From: a virus | UHGV virus genome: UHGV-1638998 | Length of the DNA: 16,119 nt | Strand: one strand, 5' to 3' | Shown here: in pieces, positions 7,795 to 14,622 of the stretch | Layout of the letters: the number at the start of each line of letters is the position of its first letter | Numbering within the stretch: the first letter of the stretch is position 1 | Notes under the pieces: generated by a model | What the model was told of the DNA's origin: nothing | Databases searched by the model: none | Seen by the model: the letters and a program-made list of their open reading frames with translations, nothing else | Position numbers and translations under genes: made by a program

Positions 7795-7871
7795 TTACCT
7801 CTCAGGTAATTTAAATCCACATTAGAGTTAAAATAAATAGCTATGCGCATATTTTGTTACCAGCAAGGTAA
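7795..7871. promoter_or_regulatory. Internal operator pair flanking an AT-rich promoter-like region: two perfect TTACC-N5-GGTAA sites
   Basis: TTACCTCTCAGGTAA at 7795..7809, 4 bp upstream of the RuvC-like ATG and overlapping its RBS; TTACCAGCAAGGTAA at 7857..7871. Both lie in the 117-bp gap between the P-like gene and the RuvC-like gene. Confidence 0.6.
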
Positions 7872-7908
7872 TTATACAGGCGTAAAAAAATGCGCTGCCG
7901 CGCTGGTG

Positions 7909-8694
7909 CTACCTGATGAGTCCCGCTGCCTTCCCTCGCCGGTATTCCTCCATCAACCACTGGGCCGGTGTCAGCCCTCCAAGGGTGGCGGAATTCGGCA
8001 TGCATCCGAAGCTTTTTCCGGGAGGGTGGTAAGCACTCCCCCCTGTGTCATCCGGTGTTTGTATCGGCTCTGGCTTCGCCTGGATGCTGAGAACCGGATC
8101 CGGAATCTGGTGACCGGCCGCCACTTTCGTAGCCCATTCCTCAAGCAGTTTGCGCGCATGCCTCTCAACTTCCACCTCACTCAGCTGGCGCTGGTACATC
8201 GCACGGCGGGTATCGCATACAATCCAGTACATGACCGGGTGGCGCCACGGGAATCTCTCAGGTCCTCCGGGCTGTAAGCTTTTCTCTTTGGCGTAACGGT
8301 GAAACTCCCCCATCACGTCCTCGATGCTCACGCCAAGCACCATTTTGCTGTCCTTGCACCACTTGATGAACTGCCCGGGCGAAGGCCAGAACGGTGATTC
8401 ACTGGCGCGGGCATGACGCATACCTGCCGATACCTGCTCGCGGGTACGGATCCCACCTTCAGCGAATGCGGCTATCCACTGGCGCTTCGCGTCGGTTTCC
8501 TGCTGCGCGGTCTTCAGGTTGGTCTGCTCAGCTGCAGGAAAGAGTTGCTTAAGCTGTTTAAACAGGGCATCGACGAGACGCTCTGCGCTGATGTTAACAA
8601 CGTTGTCCTGCTGATCATGGTGATTGTCCGGGCCCATCATGCGAGCCATGGCACCAGCATCACGATTCTGAATTGCTGCGAATACGTTATTCAT
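7909..8694 (-). CDS. P: Replication protein P-like (helicase loader)
   Basis: 261 aa; the segment KRQWIAAFAEGGIRTREQVSAGMRHARASESPFWPSPGQFIKWCKD closely parallels lambda P (RRQWVLAFRENGITTMEQVNAGMRVARRQNRPFLPSPGQFVAWCRE) as I recall it. Confidence 0.8.
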   Translation of the reverse strand: MNNVFAAIQNRDAGAMARMMGPDNHHDQQDNVVNISAERLVDALFKQLKQLFPAAEQTNLKTAQQETDAKRQWIAAFAEGGIRTREQVSAGMRHARASESPFWPSPGQFIKWCKDSKMVLGVSIEDVMGEFHRYAKEKSLQPGGPERFPWRHPVMYWIVCDTRRAMYQRQLSEVEVERHARKLLEEWATKVAAGHQIPDPVLSIQAKPEPIQTPDDTGGSAYHPPGKSFGCMPNSATLGGLTPAQWLMEEYRRGKAAGLIR

Positions 8695-9461
8695 AAGAAA
8701 TCCTTCCAGCCCTCAGGGCTGTTCCAGTGTGGTACGTCATCGTCAGAGCTGTCACCGCGCTTTCCTGCCGCTCTTTTTCTCCTGTTCATCAGCAGCCGGG
8801 CAAACTTCTGCTCCCACTGCACGTGTTGCATCACATTGCCTTCCGCCATCCAGTAGGTGATGAATTCAATCAGGTCTGATTTCTTGTACCCGTCTGCAGG
8901 AAGTGCATGACCCCACATCCTGGCGCGCATGACGAAGTCATCTGACGGCTGCCAGTTTTCATGCATGGTGAATTTGCCGATCGGTTCCCCGATACCTGGA
9001 ACGACAACGGGAGGGATTTGAATTCCTTCGCGCGCAGAGAGAGGGGTTTTATTTATATCTTCCTCTTCCTCTGGTAACTCTTTTTGTAACGCTGCTCGCG
9101 TTACATTTTGCGTTTCACGTTTGCGGTGTTCTGCGACTCTTCTGTTTGTAAGTGCCCGTTTTTTCGATGATTCACCGTTGTGACGCTCAAAGTTAGGCAG
9201 TACCAGCTTTTCGTCGACATATGCGAGCCAGCCAACAGCGATCAATGCATCAGCGAATCCGGTAATAAAAGCGAGTCTGTCCAGTACTCCCTTTGTAACG
9301 CTGCCAGCGTTACCGTCTATTGTCTGCTGATCGGCCCATGCCCAGATGCGAACCAGCTTCCCGAGAACGGCATCCGGGTCGATATTCAGTAGCTCGGCTA
9401 TCTGAAATATTTCAGGCTTATCAGGGGTGATCACCTCGACCTTAATCCAGCTGCTGGCCAT
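8691..9461 (-). CDS. Putative replication initiation protein (lambda O position; YdaU/DUF1376-like N-terminus from memory)
   Basis: 256 aa; strong RBS GGAGGTGA; lies immediately upstream of, and is translationally coupled to, the P-like gene; acidic linker and basic C-terminus. Family assignment is from memory only. Confidence 0.5.
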   Translation of the reverse strand: MASSWIKVEVITPDKPEIFQIAELLNIDPDAVLGKLVRIWAWADQQTIDGNAGSVTKGVLDRLAFITGFADALIAVGWLAYVDEKLVLPNFERHNGESSKKRALTNRRVAEHRKRETQNVTRAALQKELPEEEEDINKTPLSAREGIQIPPVVVPGIGEPIGKFTMHENWQPSDDFVMRARMWGHALPADGYKKSDLIEFITYWMAEGNVMQHVQWEQKFARLLMNRRKRAAGKRGDSSDDDVPHWNSPEGWKDFL

Positions 9462-9670
9462 CAGATCACCTCCGGCACGTTGCCTTTCGCAGCTTCATCC
9501 ATAATCCGTTTAATCTCCGCCTGGCGGCGCAGACTTGAGTTGATGGCGCACTCAACGCAATGGCCGTTATAGACGTAACGCTCACTGTCATGACCGTGTT
9601 TGCACTTTTTACCGGTGTAATAACGCTTAAGACCTGCCTTTGCAGCGTCCAGACGAGTGATAATCTCCAT
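9461..9670 (-). CDS. Small zinc-ribbon protein (CxxxH…CxxC), function unknown
   Basis: 69 aa; RBS GAGG 7 nt upstream; stop overlaps the start of the next gene (TGATG), whose start is preceded by GGAGGTGA. Confidence 0.5.
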   Translation of the reverse strand: MEIITRLDAAKAGLKRYYTGKKCKHGHDSERYVYNGHCVECAINSSLRRQAEIKRIMDEAAKGNVPEVI

Positions 9671-9689
9671 TACGCAACCTCATTGACGT

Positions 9690-9704
9690 TTACTATTACG
9701 GTAA
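9690..9704. promoter_or_regulatory. Operator-like site TTACTATTACGGTAA (9/10) upstream of the replication genes
   Basis: Located between the terminator and the RBS (GAGG) of the 9461..9670 gene. Confidence 0.4.
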
Positions 9705-9763
9705 TTTTGTGCGATGGCCGAAAAAAGATCAACCATATTCGGATCATTATTACCTGAGAGAAC

Positions 9764-9776
9764 TGAATAGATATGA
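9764..9776. repeat. 13-mer TGAATAGATATGA, copy 1 of 3
   Basis: Exact 13-bp match to 15968..15980 and 16031..16043; lies immediately beside the terminator after the Cro-like gene. Confidence 0.5.
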
Positions 9777-9779
9777 AAA

Positions 9780-9797
9780 GACCGCCAGAAGGCGGCC
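9780..9797 (-). terminator. Putative intrinsic terminator just downstream of the Cro-like gene (tR1-like position)
   Basis: Minus-strand hairpin GCCGCC-UUCU-GGCGGU followed by CUUUUCAU, within 40 nt of the stop at 9820. Confidence 0.45.
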
Positions 9798-9819
9798 TGA
9801 TGGGGTTTAGAGGGAGGTT

Positions 9820-10050
9820 TTATTCGTAGAAGAAGATGGCCAGTTCCGGCTTTGTTCTGACCCATCCGCGCTGTTTGCATGCCTTAAACAGCCCATTCAT
9901 CAATGTCTTACCTGGCATTTTCCGGCGACCTGTCAGATGCGTCTGGATGTAATGGCTGGTAGTTCCTGCCTCGTCAGCAAAGGCATTTCGCTCATCAGGA
10001 GTGAGTTGCAACCAGTGTTTTTTGAAGTCGAATTTTTCGTTCTCGCTCAT
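9820..10050 (-). CDS. Cro-like small DNA-binding regulator (YdaS-like)
   Basis: 76 aa, divergently transcribed from the repressor gene; HTH-like segment AFADEAGTTSHYIQTHLTGRRK; position equivalent to lambda cro. Confidence 0.55.
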   Translation of the reverse strand: MSENEKFDFKKHWLQLTPDERNAFADEAGTTSHYIQTHLTGRRKMPGKTLMNGLFKACKQRGWVRTKPELAIFFYE

Positions 10051-10086
10051 AGCTATTGCCTGATATTAATTTCAGATAACAAATAT

Positions 10087-10149
10087 TCACCCAGAAGGTA
10101 ATAATAATCAAGGTTTGTTACCTGTCGGGTGCATTTACCTGTGAGGTAA
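10087..10149. promoter_or_regulatory. Right operator cluster in the divergent switch region: three TTACC-N5-GGTAA-type sites
   Basis: TCACCCAGAAGGTAA at 10087..10101 (9/10), TTACCTGTCGGGTGC at 10118..10132 (weak) and TTACCTGTGAGGTAA at 10135..10149 (perfect), between the Cro-like start (10050) and the repressor start (10205). Confidence 0.7.
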
Positions 10150-10204
10150 ATTCGCTTTTAATTGAACCACTAACTAATTCATATATGAGGCGAATCACCA
10201 GAGC

Positions 10205-10795
10205 ATGAAAAGTATTCAGGATATCCGCAGGCAGAATATTAACGATATCATCGACCGTGACTTTAACGGGGTGCAGACTCGTCTGGCGGAAAAACTGGGA
10301 ACTCAGGCCAACCTGGTGAACCGCTGGGCCCGCGGGCAGAAGGTTATCGGCGACACGGTGGCGCGCAAGATTGAGAAGGCGGCGAACAAGCCGTCGAACT
10401 GGCTGGACGTAGACCACTCATTATCTGCTGTTGCCATACCGCAGGAGGAGATCACCCCTTCCGATATCGGCCAGCTGGCGGCGCATAATCTCGAAGCGTG
10501 GATGCAGAATAACCGCGACCTGTCGTCTCAGGGAAAGGTGTCTAAAGCGTCCGGCGTTGCCCAGGCGACAATCCAGCGCATGCTGAACAATGAGGTTAGC
10601 GTTTCTATCTCCACCCTGGAGGCGATCGCTGGCGCGTTCGGGCGCCGCGGCTATGAGTTGCTCATCCATCCCCGCGACCCGGCGACCATCCATTACGACC
10701 GGGCCCGCTACGCATTGTTACCTGAGAGCGAGAAAAGCAAGATTGAGAGCTACGTCGATTTTGTGATTGTTCAGAACGGTAAAGCGCAAGATTAA
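10205..10795 (+). CDS. Prophage repressor, dual HTH, no recognisable LexA-like autocleavage domain
   Basis: 196 aa; two XRE-type HTH-like segments (LAEKLGTQANLVNRWARGQ and VSKASGVAQATIQRMLNNEV); no GxSM serine-peptidase motif; divergent from a Cro-like gene across an operator-rich intergenic region. Confidence 0.65.
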   Translation: MKSIQDIRRQNINDIIDRDFNGVQTRLAEKLGTQANLVNRWARGQKVIGDTVARKIEKAANKPSNWLDVDHSLSAVAIPQEEITPSDIGQLAAHNLEAWMQNNRDLSSQGKVSKASGVAQATIQRMLNNEVSVSISTLEAIAGAFGRRGYELLIHPRDPATIHYDRARYALLPESEKSKIESYVDFVIVQNGKAQD

Positions 10796-10815
10796 AACCA
10801 TATATTTCAGATACT

Positions 10816-10840
10816 AAGCCGCCATTGAGCGGCTTTTTTA
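10816..10840 (+). terminator. Rho-independent terminator after the repressor gene
   Basis: Stem AAGCCGC/GCGGCTT with loop CATTGA followed by TTTTTTA, 20 nt after the stop at 10795. Confidence 0.7.
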
Positions 10841-10852
10841 TTGCCAGAAGCG

Positions 10853-10929
10853 TTACCTTACAGGTAATTTTTTATAATCATACCTATTGACTTCAAACCA
10901 CATAAGGATAATTATTACCTCAACGGTAA
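10853..10929. promoter_or_regulatory. Left operator cluster: two perfect TTACC-N5-GGTAA palindromes
   Basis: TTACCTTACAGGTAA at 10853..10867 and TTACCTCAACGGTAA at 10915..10929, between the repressor-gene terminator and the first gene of the rightward early operon. Confidence 0.7.
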
Positions 10930-10946
10930 CACTGAGGTAACGAATT

Positions 10947-11096
10947 ATGCAGTGGAAAATCATCAACGGTTGGTACTGCGTTACGGCGTGCGGGCTGATG
11001 AGCACTAAGTGCCGCACTCTGCATGAGGCCATCAACTGGGCGTTTGTCACCAAGATGGCAGTCAAAACTGAAATGGATATGGGGGTGAGCAAGTGA
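10947..11096 (+). CDS. Small hypothetical protein (49 aa, Cys-rich)
   Basis: ATG at 10947 after GAGG, immediately downstream of the left operator cluster; stop overlaps the next start (GTGA). Below the ORF-track cutoff. Confidence 0.3.
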   Translation: MQWKIINGWYCVTACGLMSTKCRTLHEAINWAFVTKMAVKTEMDMGVSK

Positions 11097-11392
11097 ACAT
11101 CCAGCAGATCAATAACCTAAAAAGCATCATGACCAGCATCGACAGCGACTACCAGCTGAGCCAGTTGCACTACGAGCGCCAGGTAGAGCTGATCGACGCC
11201 ATTAAGCATCACCAGCTGCAGGAACCTTTCTATGCGCTGGAGCGCAAAGGCGTGCGCAAGGAGATTCTGGAAGAGCTAATGATGAATCCGGAATTTGAAG
11301 AAACTCTCGCTGCATTCCAGAGCGCGCTGACCAGCATCATCGCGAAGTGGGATCTGGCTGACCAGTTGGACACGGCGAGGAACGCGGCATGA
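11093..11392 (+). CDS. Hypothetical acidic protein (99 aa), first conserved-size gene of the recombination operon
   Basis: GTG start preceded by GGGGGTGAG; overlaps the upstream small ORF stop and the downstream exonuclease start. Confidence 0.5.
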   Translation: MNIQQINNLKSIMTSIDSDYQLSQLHYERQVELIDAIKHHQLQEPFYALERKGVRKEILEELMMNPEFEETLAAFQSALTSIIAKWDLADQLDTARNAA

Positions 11393-12210
11393 AGCCAGGA
11401 ATTTACTTCGACATCAGCAACGAGGATTACCACTCCGGAGACGGCGTGAGTAAGTCGCAGCTGGATATGGTTGCGTTGAGCCCGGCCCTGCTGCAATGGC
11501 AGAAATCAGCGCCGGTCGACACCGAAAAGCTGAAAGCGCTGGATATGGGCACCGCCCTGCACTGCCTGCTGCTGGAGCCGGAAGAGTTCGATAAGCGTTT
11601 CATCGTGGCGCCGCAGTTCAACCGCCGCACAGCAGCCGGAAAAGAGGATGAAGCAGCGTTCCTGAAAGATGTCGAGAACATGGGCATGACGGTTATGGAT
11701 GCCGAACAGGGCCGCAAGCTGAATCTTATGCGTGACAGCGCGATGGCCCATCCGGCGGCGCGCTGGCTTCTTGAGGCGGAAGGTTTCTGCGAAGCGTCGC
11801 ACTACTGGACGGATTCGGAAACCGGAGAGCTGTGCCGCATTCGCCCGGATAAGCGCCTGAAGAATCATCCGGTTCTGCTGGACGTAAAGAAGGTTGCGGA
11901 CATGGAGCGGTTCTCCCGCCACATCGAGGAATTCCGGTACCACGTTCAGGACGCCATGTACCGCGAAGGCGCGCAGCAGACCACCGGTGAGCCGCACGGA
12001 TTCTTTTTCCTGGCAGTGAGCGAAACCATCGACTGCGGCCGCTACCCGGTGCGCGTTTTCGAACTGGATGCACAGGACGTTGACGCCGGGCATGCACTGT
12101 TCCGCCGGGATCTGAATACCTACCACCAGTGCCGTGAGTCTGGCGAATGGGGTGGATTTGAAATTATCAAACGCCCCGAGTGGGCACGCAAACAGGATAA
12201 GTACGTATGA
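11389..12210 (+). CDS. PD-(D/E)XK family exonuclease (recombination partner of the annealing protein)
   Basis: 273 aa; RPD…LLDVKK resembles a PD-(D/E)XK nuclease motif; RBS GAGG 8 nt upstream; paired with the Bet-like gene. Confidence 0.65.
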   Translation: MKPGIYFDISNEDYHSGDGVSKSQLDMVALSPALLQWQKSAPVDTEKLKALDMGTALHCLLLEPEEFDKRFIVAPQFNRRTAAGKEDEAAFLKDVENMGMTVMDAEQGRKLNLMRDSAMAHPAARWLLEAEGFCEASHYWTDSETGELCRIRPDKRLKNHPVLLDVKKVADMERFSRHIEEFRYHVQDAMYREGAQQTTGEPHGFFFLAVSETIDCGRYPVRVFELDAQDVDAGHALFRRDLNTYHQCRESGEWGGFEIIKRPEWARKQDKYV

Positions 12211-13088
12211 GCAACGACATCGCAATCACATCGCAGCCTGGCGCAACCGTTGGCACCGCTGCGGCAATCTTCAGCCCTGAGGGCATGGACCGCCTGGTGC
12301 GTTTCGCAACCCTGATGGCTGACAGTAAGGCCACCGTTCCTGCGCACCTGGCAGGAAAGCCTGCTGACTGCCTGGCTGTGACCATGCAGGCGGCGCAGTG
12401 GGGCATGAACCCGTTCGCTGTGGCGCAGAAAACACATGTGGTTAACGGCACGCTTGGTTATGAAGCGCAGCTGGTAAACGCGGTTGTGTCCTCCTCCAAT
12501 CTGCTGGCCACCCGCCTGAATTATCGCTGGGATGGTGACTGGTCGAAAGTAAACGGGAAATCCGACAAATCGCCGAACCTGACCGTTACCGTATGGGCAA
12601 CCCTCAAAGGAGAATCAGAGCCGCGCGAGCTGACGATCAGCATGGCCCAGGCCGGTGTTCGGAACTCCCCTCTATGGGAGCAGGATCCTCGACAGCAGCT
12701 CGCATACCTTTGCGTTAAGCGTTGGGCTCGCCTGCATTCCCCTGACGTCCTGCTTGGCGTGTACACCCCTGACGAATTGCAGGAAACGGCACCGCGCGTT
12801 GAGCGCGATATCACGCCGACACCCGCTACCGCGTCCGGCATGAACAAACTGATCAACTCCAAGTCTGAGCAGCACCAGGAGGAGAAGCCGAAGAGCAGCG
12901 ACGACCGCGATCCAGAAGAAATTCTGTGCGCCTTCACTGATGCAGCGATGAACTACAACACGCTGAAAGATCTGGACAAGGCATACAAATACGTTGCCAG
13001 CAAGCTCTCTAACGACGATGACCGACTGGCTAAAGCCACTGACGTGTACACCATCCGCCGAGATGAGCTGAACGAAGTCCCAATGTAA
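12207..13088 (+). CDS. bet: Single-strand annealing recombinase, Red-beta (Bet)-like
   Basis: 293 aa; segments AAQWGMNPF and ERDITPT resemble lambda Bet (ANQYGLNPW, ERDITPV) from memory; directly coupled to the upstream exonuclease (ATGA overlap). Confidence 0.7.
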   Translation: MSNDIAITSQPGATVGTAAAIFSPEGMDRLVRFATLMADSKATVPAHLAGKPADCLAVTMQAAQWGMNPFAVAQKTHVVNGTLGYEAQLVNAVVSSSNLLATRLNYRWDGDWSKVNGKSDKSPNLTVTVWATLKGESEPRELTISMAQAGVRNSPLWEQDPRQQLAYLCVKRWARLHSPDVLLGVYTPDELQETAPRVERDITPTPATASGMNKLINSKSEQHQEEKPKSSDDRDPEEILCAFTDAAMNYNTLKDLDKAYKYVASKLSNDDDRLAKATDVYTIRRDELNEVPM

Positions 13089-13095
13089 TCACCAC

Positions 13096-13114
13096 CGTGG
13101 CGCCACGGCGCCAC
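13096..13114. repeat. GC-rich palindrome CGTGGCGCCACG with overlapping GGCGCCAC repeat
   Basis: Perfect 12-bp palindrome immediately after the stop of the 12207..13088 gene; no following T-tract. Confidence 0.4.
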
Positions 13115-13137
13115 ACCTGCAACCAAGAGAGGTATTT

Positions 13138-13386
13138 ATGAAAGGTGCATTTGGTAAGAAGGAACTCCTGGCGGTGGTGCCACTGTCATGGAGCACGATT
13201 GACCGCCTGGAACAGGCTGGCGAATTCCCGTCTCGTTTCTGGATCACCGACCGCCGCTGTGCGTGGGACCAGAGCGAAGTTGAAGCCTGGCTGGATAAAC
13301 GTAAGGCGGCAAGCCCGGCGACGTTCACCGGAAAAAAGCCTCCAGTTGACCGCCGCGTTTATCGCCCGGTGAGTGCAGCTGCATGA
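13138..13386 (+). CDS. alpA: AlpA-family transcriptional regulator / excisionase-like protein
   Basis: 82 aa; the segment LLAVVPLSWSTIDRLEQAGEFPSRFWITDRRCAWDQSEVEAWL matches the AlpA/Xis-type HTH pattern; RBS GAGG 7 nt before the ATG; sits between the recombination genes and int. Confidence 0.7.
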   Translation: MKGAFGKKELLAVVPLSWSTIDRLEQAGEFPSRFWITDRRCAWDQSEVEAWLDKRKAASPATFTGKKPPVDRRVYRPVSAAA

Positions 13387-13481
13387 CGGCGCTGAAGAAG
13401 CATATCGGCAGATGGTCAGATGTGTACCTGTATCTGGCCGTGGTCGCCTACCTGATGTGGCTGGCGGCGGTAATCAGTTGA
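13383..13481 (+). CDS. Small hydrophobic peptide (32 aa, one predicted transmembrane helix)
   Basis: ATG overlaps the AlpA stop (ATGA). Translation is MTALKKHIGRWSDVYLYLAVVAYLMWLAAVIS. Below the ORF-track length cutoff. Confidence 0.3.
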   Translation: MTALKKHIGRWSDVYLYLAVVAYLMWLAAVIS

Positions 13482-13495
13482 GAGGTCTGGATCAA

Positions 13496-13792
13496 ATGAA
13501 AAAGACGAAACTTGAGCGCTATCACGAAGACTACGTCTCGCAGCGCCGTGTTGAAAGAGTGGTGGCAGTAACGCCGGAAGCCATGGAGATCGAAAGCCGG
13601 GCCATCGAGCGCGAGCGCCGCGGTCATTATCGCATCGCGGCCCGCCTCTGGCTCCAGTGCCTGGATGCGGCTGTTGGTGAAGTTGAGCGCGCCCGTATCG
13701 CGATGCGCCGCCAGCAGTGCATCACCAAAGGTAACCGCACCCCGCATCTGGACTACAGCGGGATCGGATGTCGCGGGGTGGTTTATGACTAA
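13496..13792 (+). CDS. Hypothetical regulator, possibly PerC-like transcriptional activator
   Basis: 98 aa from ATG 13496 (RBS GAGG upstream). Basic protein with the segment GHYRIAARLWLQCLD, which I recall as resembling PerC-family prophage activators; identification is weak. Confidence 0.45.
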   Translation: MKKTKLERYHEDYVSQRRVERVVAVTPEAMEIESRAIERERRGHYRIAARLWLQCLDAAVGEVERARIAMRRQQCITKGNRTPHLDYSGIGCRGVVYD

Positions 13793-13943
13793 CCCGCACG
13801 ACGGGATCACCGTGGGCAGTGTCACGCTGCCCTATTCCATCATTCGCCGTGGATGGGTAGCACCGAACGGCGACGTTATCAGAAACCCATTGAAGGCTCA
13901 GCGCCTGGCCGAGCTGATGAACTGTAAGAAGGTGGCGGCATGA
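13785..13943 (+). CDS. Small hypothetical protein (about 52 aa), translationally coupled to the methyltransferase
   Basis: ATG at 13785 preceded by GGGGTGG; overlaps the upstream stop (ATGACTAA) and the downstream start. The listed ORF 13665..13943 probably starts at this internal ATG. Confidence 0.4.
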   Translation: MTNPHDGITVGSVTLPYSIIRRGWVAPNGDVIRNPLKAQRLAELMNCKKVAA

Positions 13944-14587
13944 CTGGCAAATACACTCTCATTTACGCAGACCCGCCTTGGGTATACCGTGACAAAGCAG
14001 CCGACGGCGAGCGCGGCGCCGGCTTCAAGTATCCGGTTATGAACGTGCTGGACATCTGCCGCCTGCCTGTGTGGGATCTGGCTGCCGAAGATTGCCTGCT
14101 GGCTATGTGGTGGGTTCCAACACAGCCGATTGAAGCGTTGAAGGTTATCGAAGCGTGGGGATTTCGCCTGATGACGATGAAGGGATTCACCTGGCACAAA
14201 ACGAATAAGCACAAAGGCAACAGCGCCATCGGCATGGGACACATGACCCGGGCGAACAGCGAAGACTGTCTGTTTGCGGTGCGCGGGAAACTGCCGGCGC
14301 GCATGGACGCTTCGATCTGCCAGCATGTCACGGCGCCGCGCCTGGAGAACTCGCGCAAGCCGGACGTGATCAGAGAGAAGCTGGTGCAGTTGCTTGGCGA
14401 TGTGCCGCGCATCGAGCTATTCGCCCGCCAGTCGTCGCATGGGTTTGACGTTTGGGGAAACCAGTGCGAAGGCCCGGCGGTGCAGTTGCACCCTGGTTAC
14501 GCGCTGGATATCGCCGGGATAACGAGGGCATTCGGACATGCTCCGTTGTCACCAACAGACAACCAGGGCCGGGAGCGTGCGGCATAA
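13940..14587 (+). CDS. MT-A70 family N6-adenine DNA methyltransferase (orphan, no cognate nuclease seen)
   Basis: 215 aa; N-terminal LIYADPPWVY, a DPPW catalytic motif typical of MT-A70/Dam-like phage methyltransferases; start overlaps the upstream ORF stop (ATGA); RBS GGTGG. Confidence 0.8.
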   Translation: MTGKYTLIYADPPWVYRDKAADGERGAGFKYPVMNVLDICRLPVWDLAAEDCLLAMWWVPTQPIEALKVIEAWGFRLMTMKGFTWHKTNKHKGNSAIGMGHMTRANSEDCLFAVRGKLPARMDASICQHVTAPRLENSRKPDVIREKLVQLLGDVPRIELFARQSSHGFDVWGNQCEGPAVQLHPGYALDIAGITRAFGHAPLSPTDNQGRERAA

Positions 14588-14622
14588 TTCATCAGCGAGA
14601 TTTAAATAGCCATTTAATTCGG

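Noticed and set aside
11230-12451. Long minus-strand ORFs (11506..12225, 11726..12097, 12120..12437) opposite the exonuclease and Bet-like genes
   Set aside because: Arg/Ala/Cys-rich translations typical of antisense frames in GC-rich coding DNA; the plus-strand genes have coupled starts and recognisable motifs.
12586-12600. TTACCGTATGGGCAA, a 9/10 operator match inside the Bet-like coding region
   Set aside because: About 0.5 such 9/10 matches are expected by chance in 16 kb, and it lies inside an ORF with no promoter context; kept as a possible but unsupported site.
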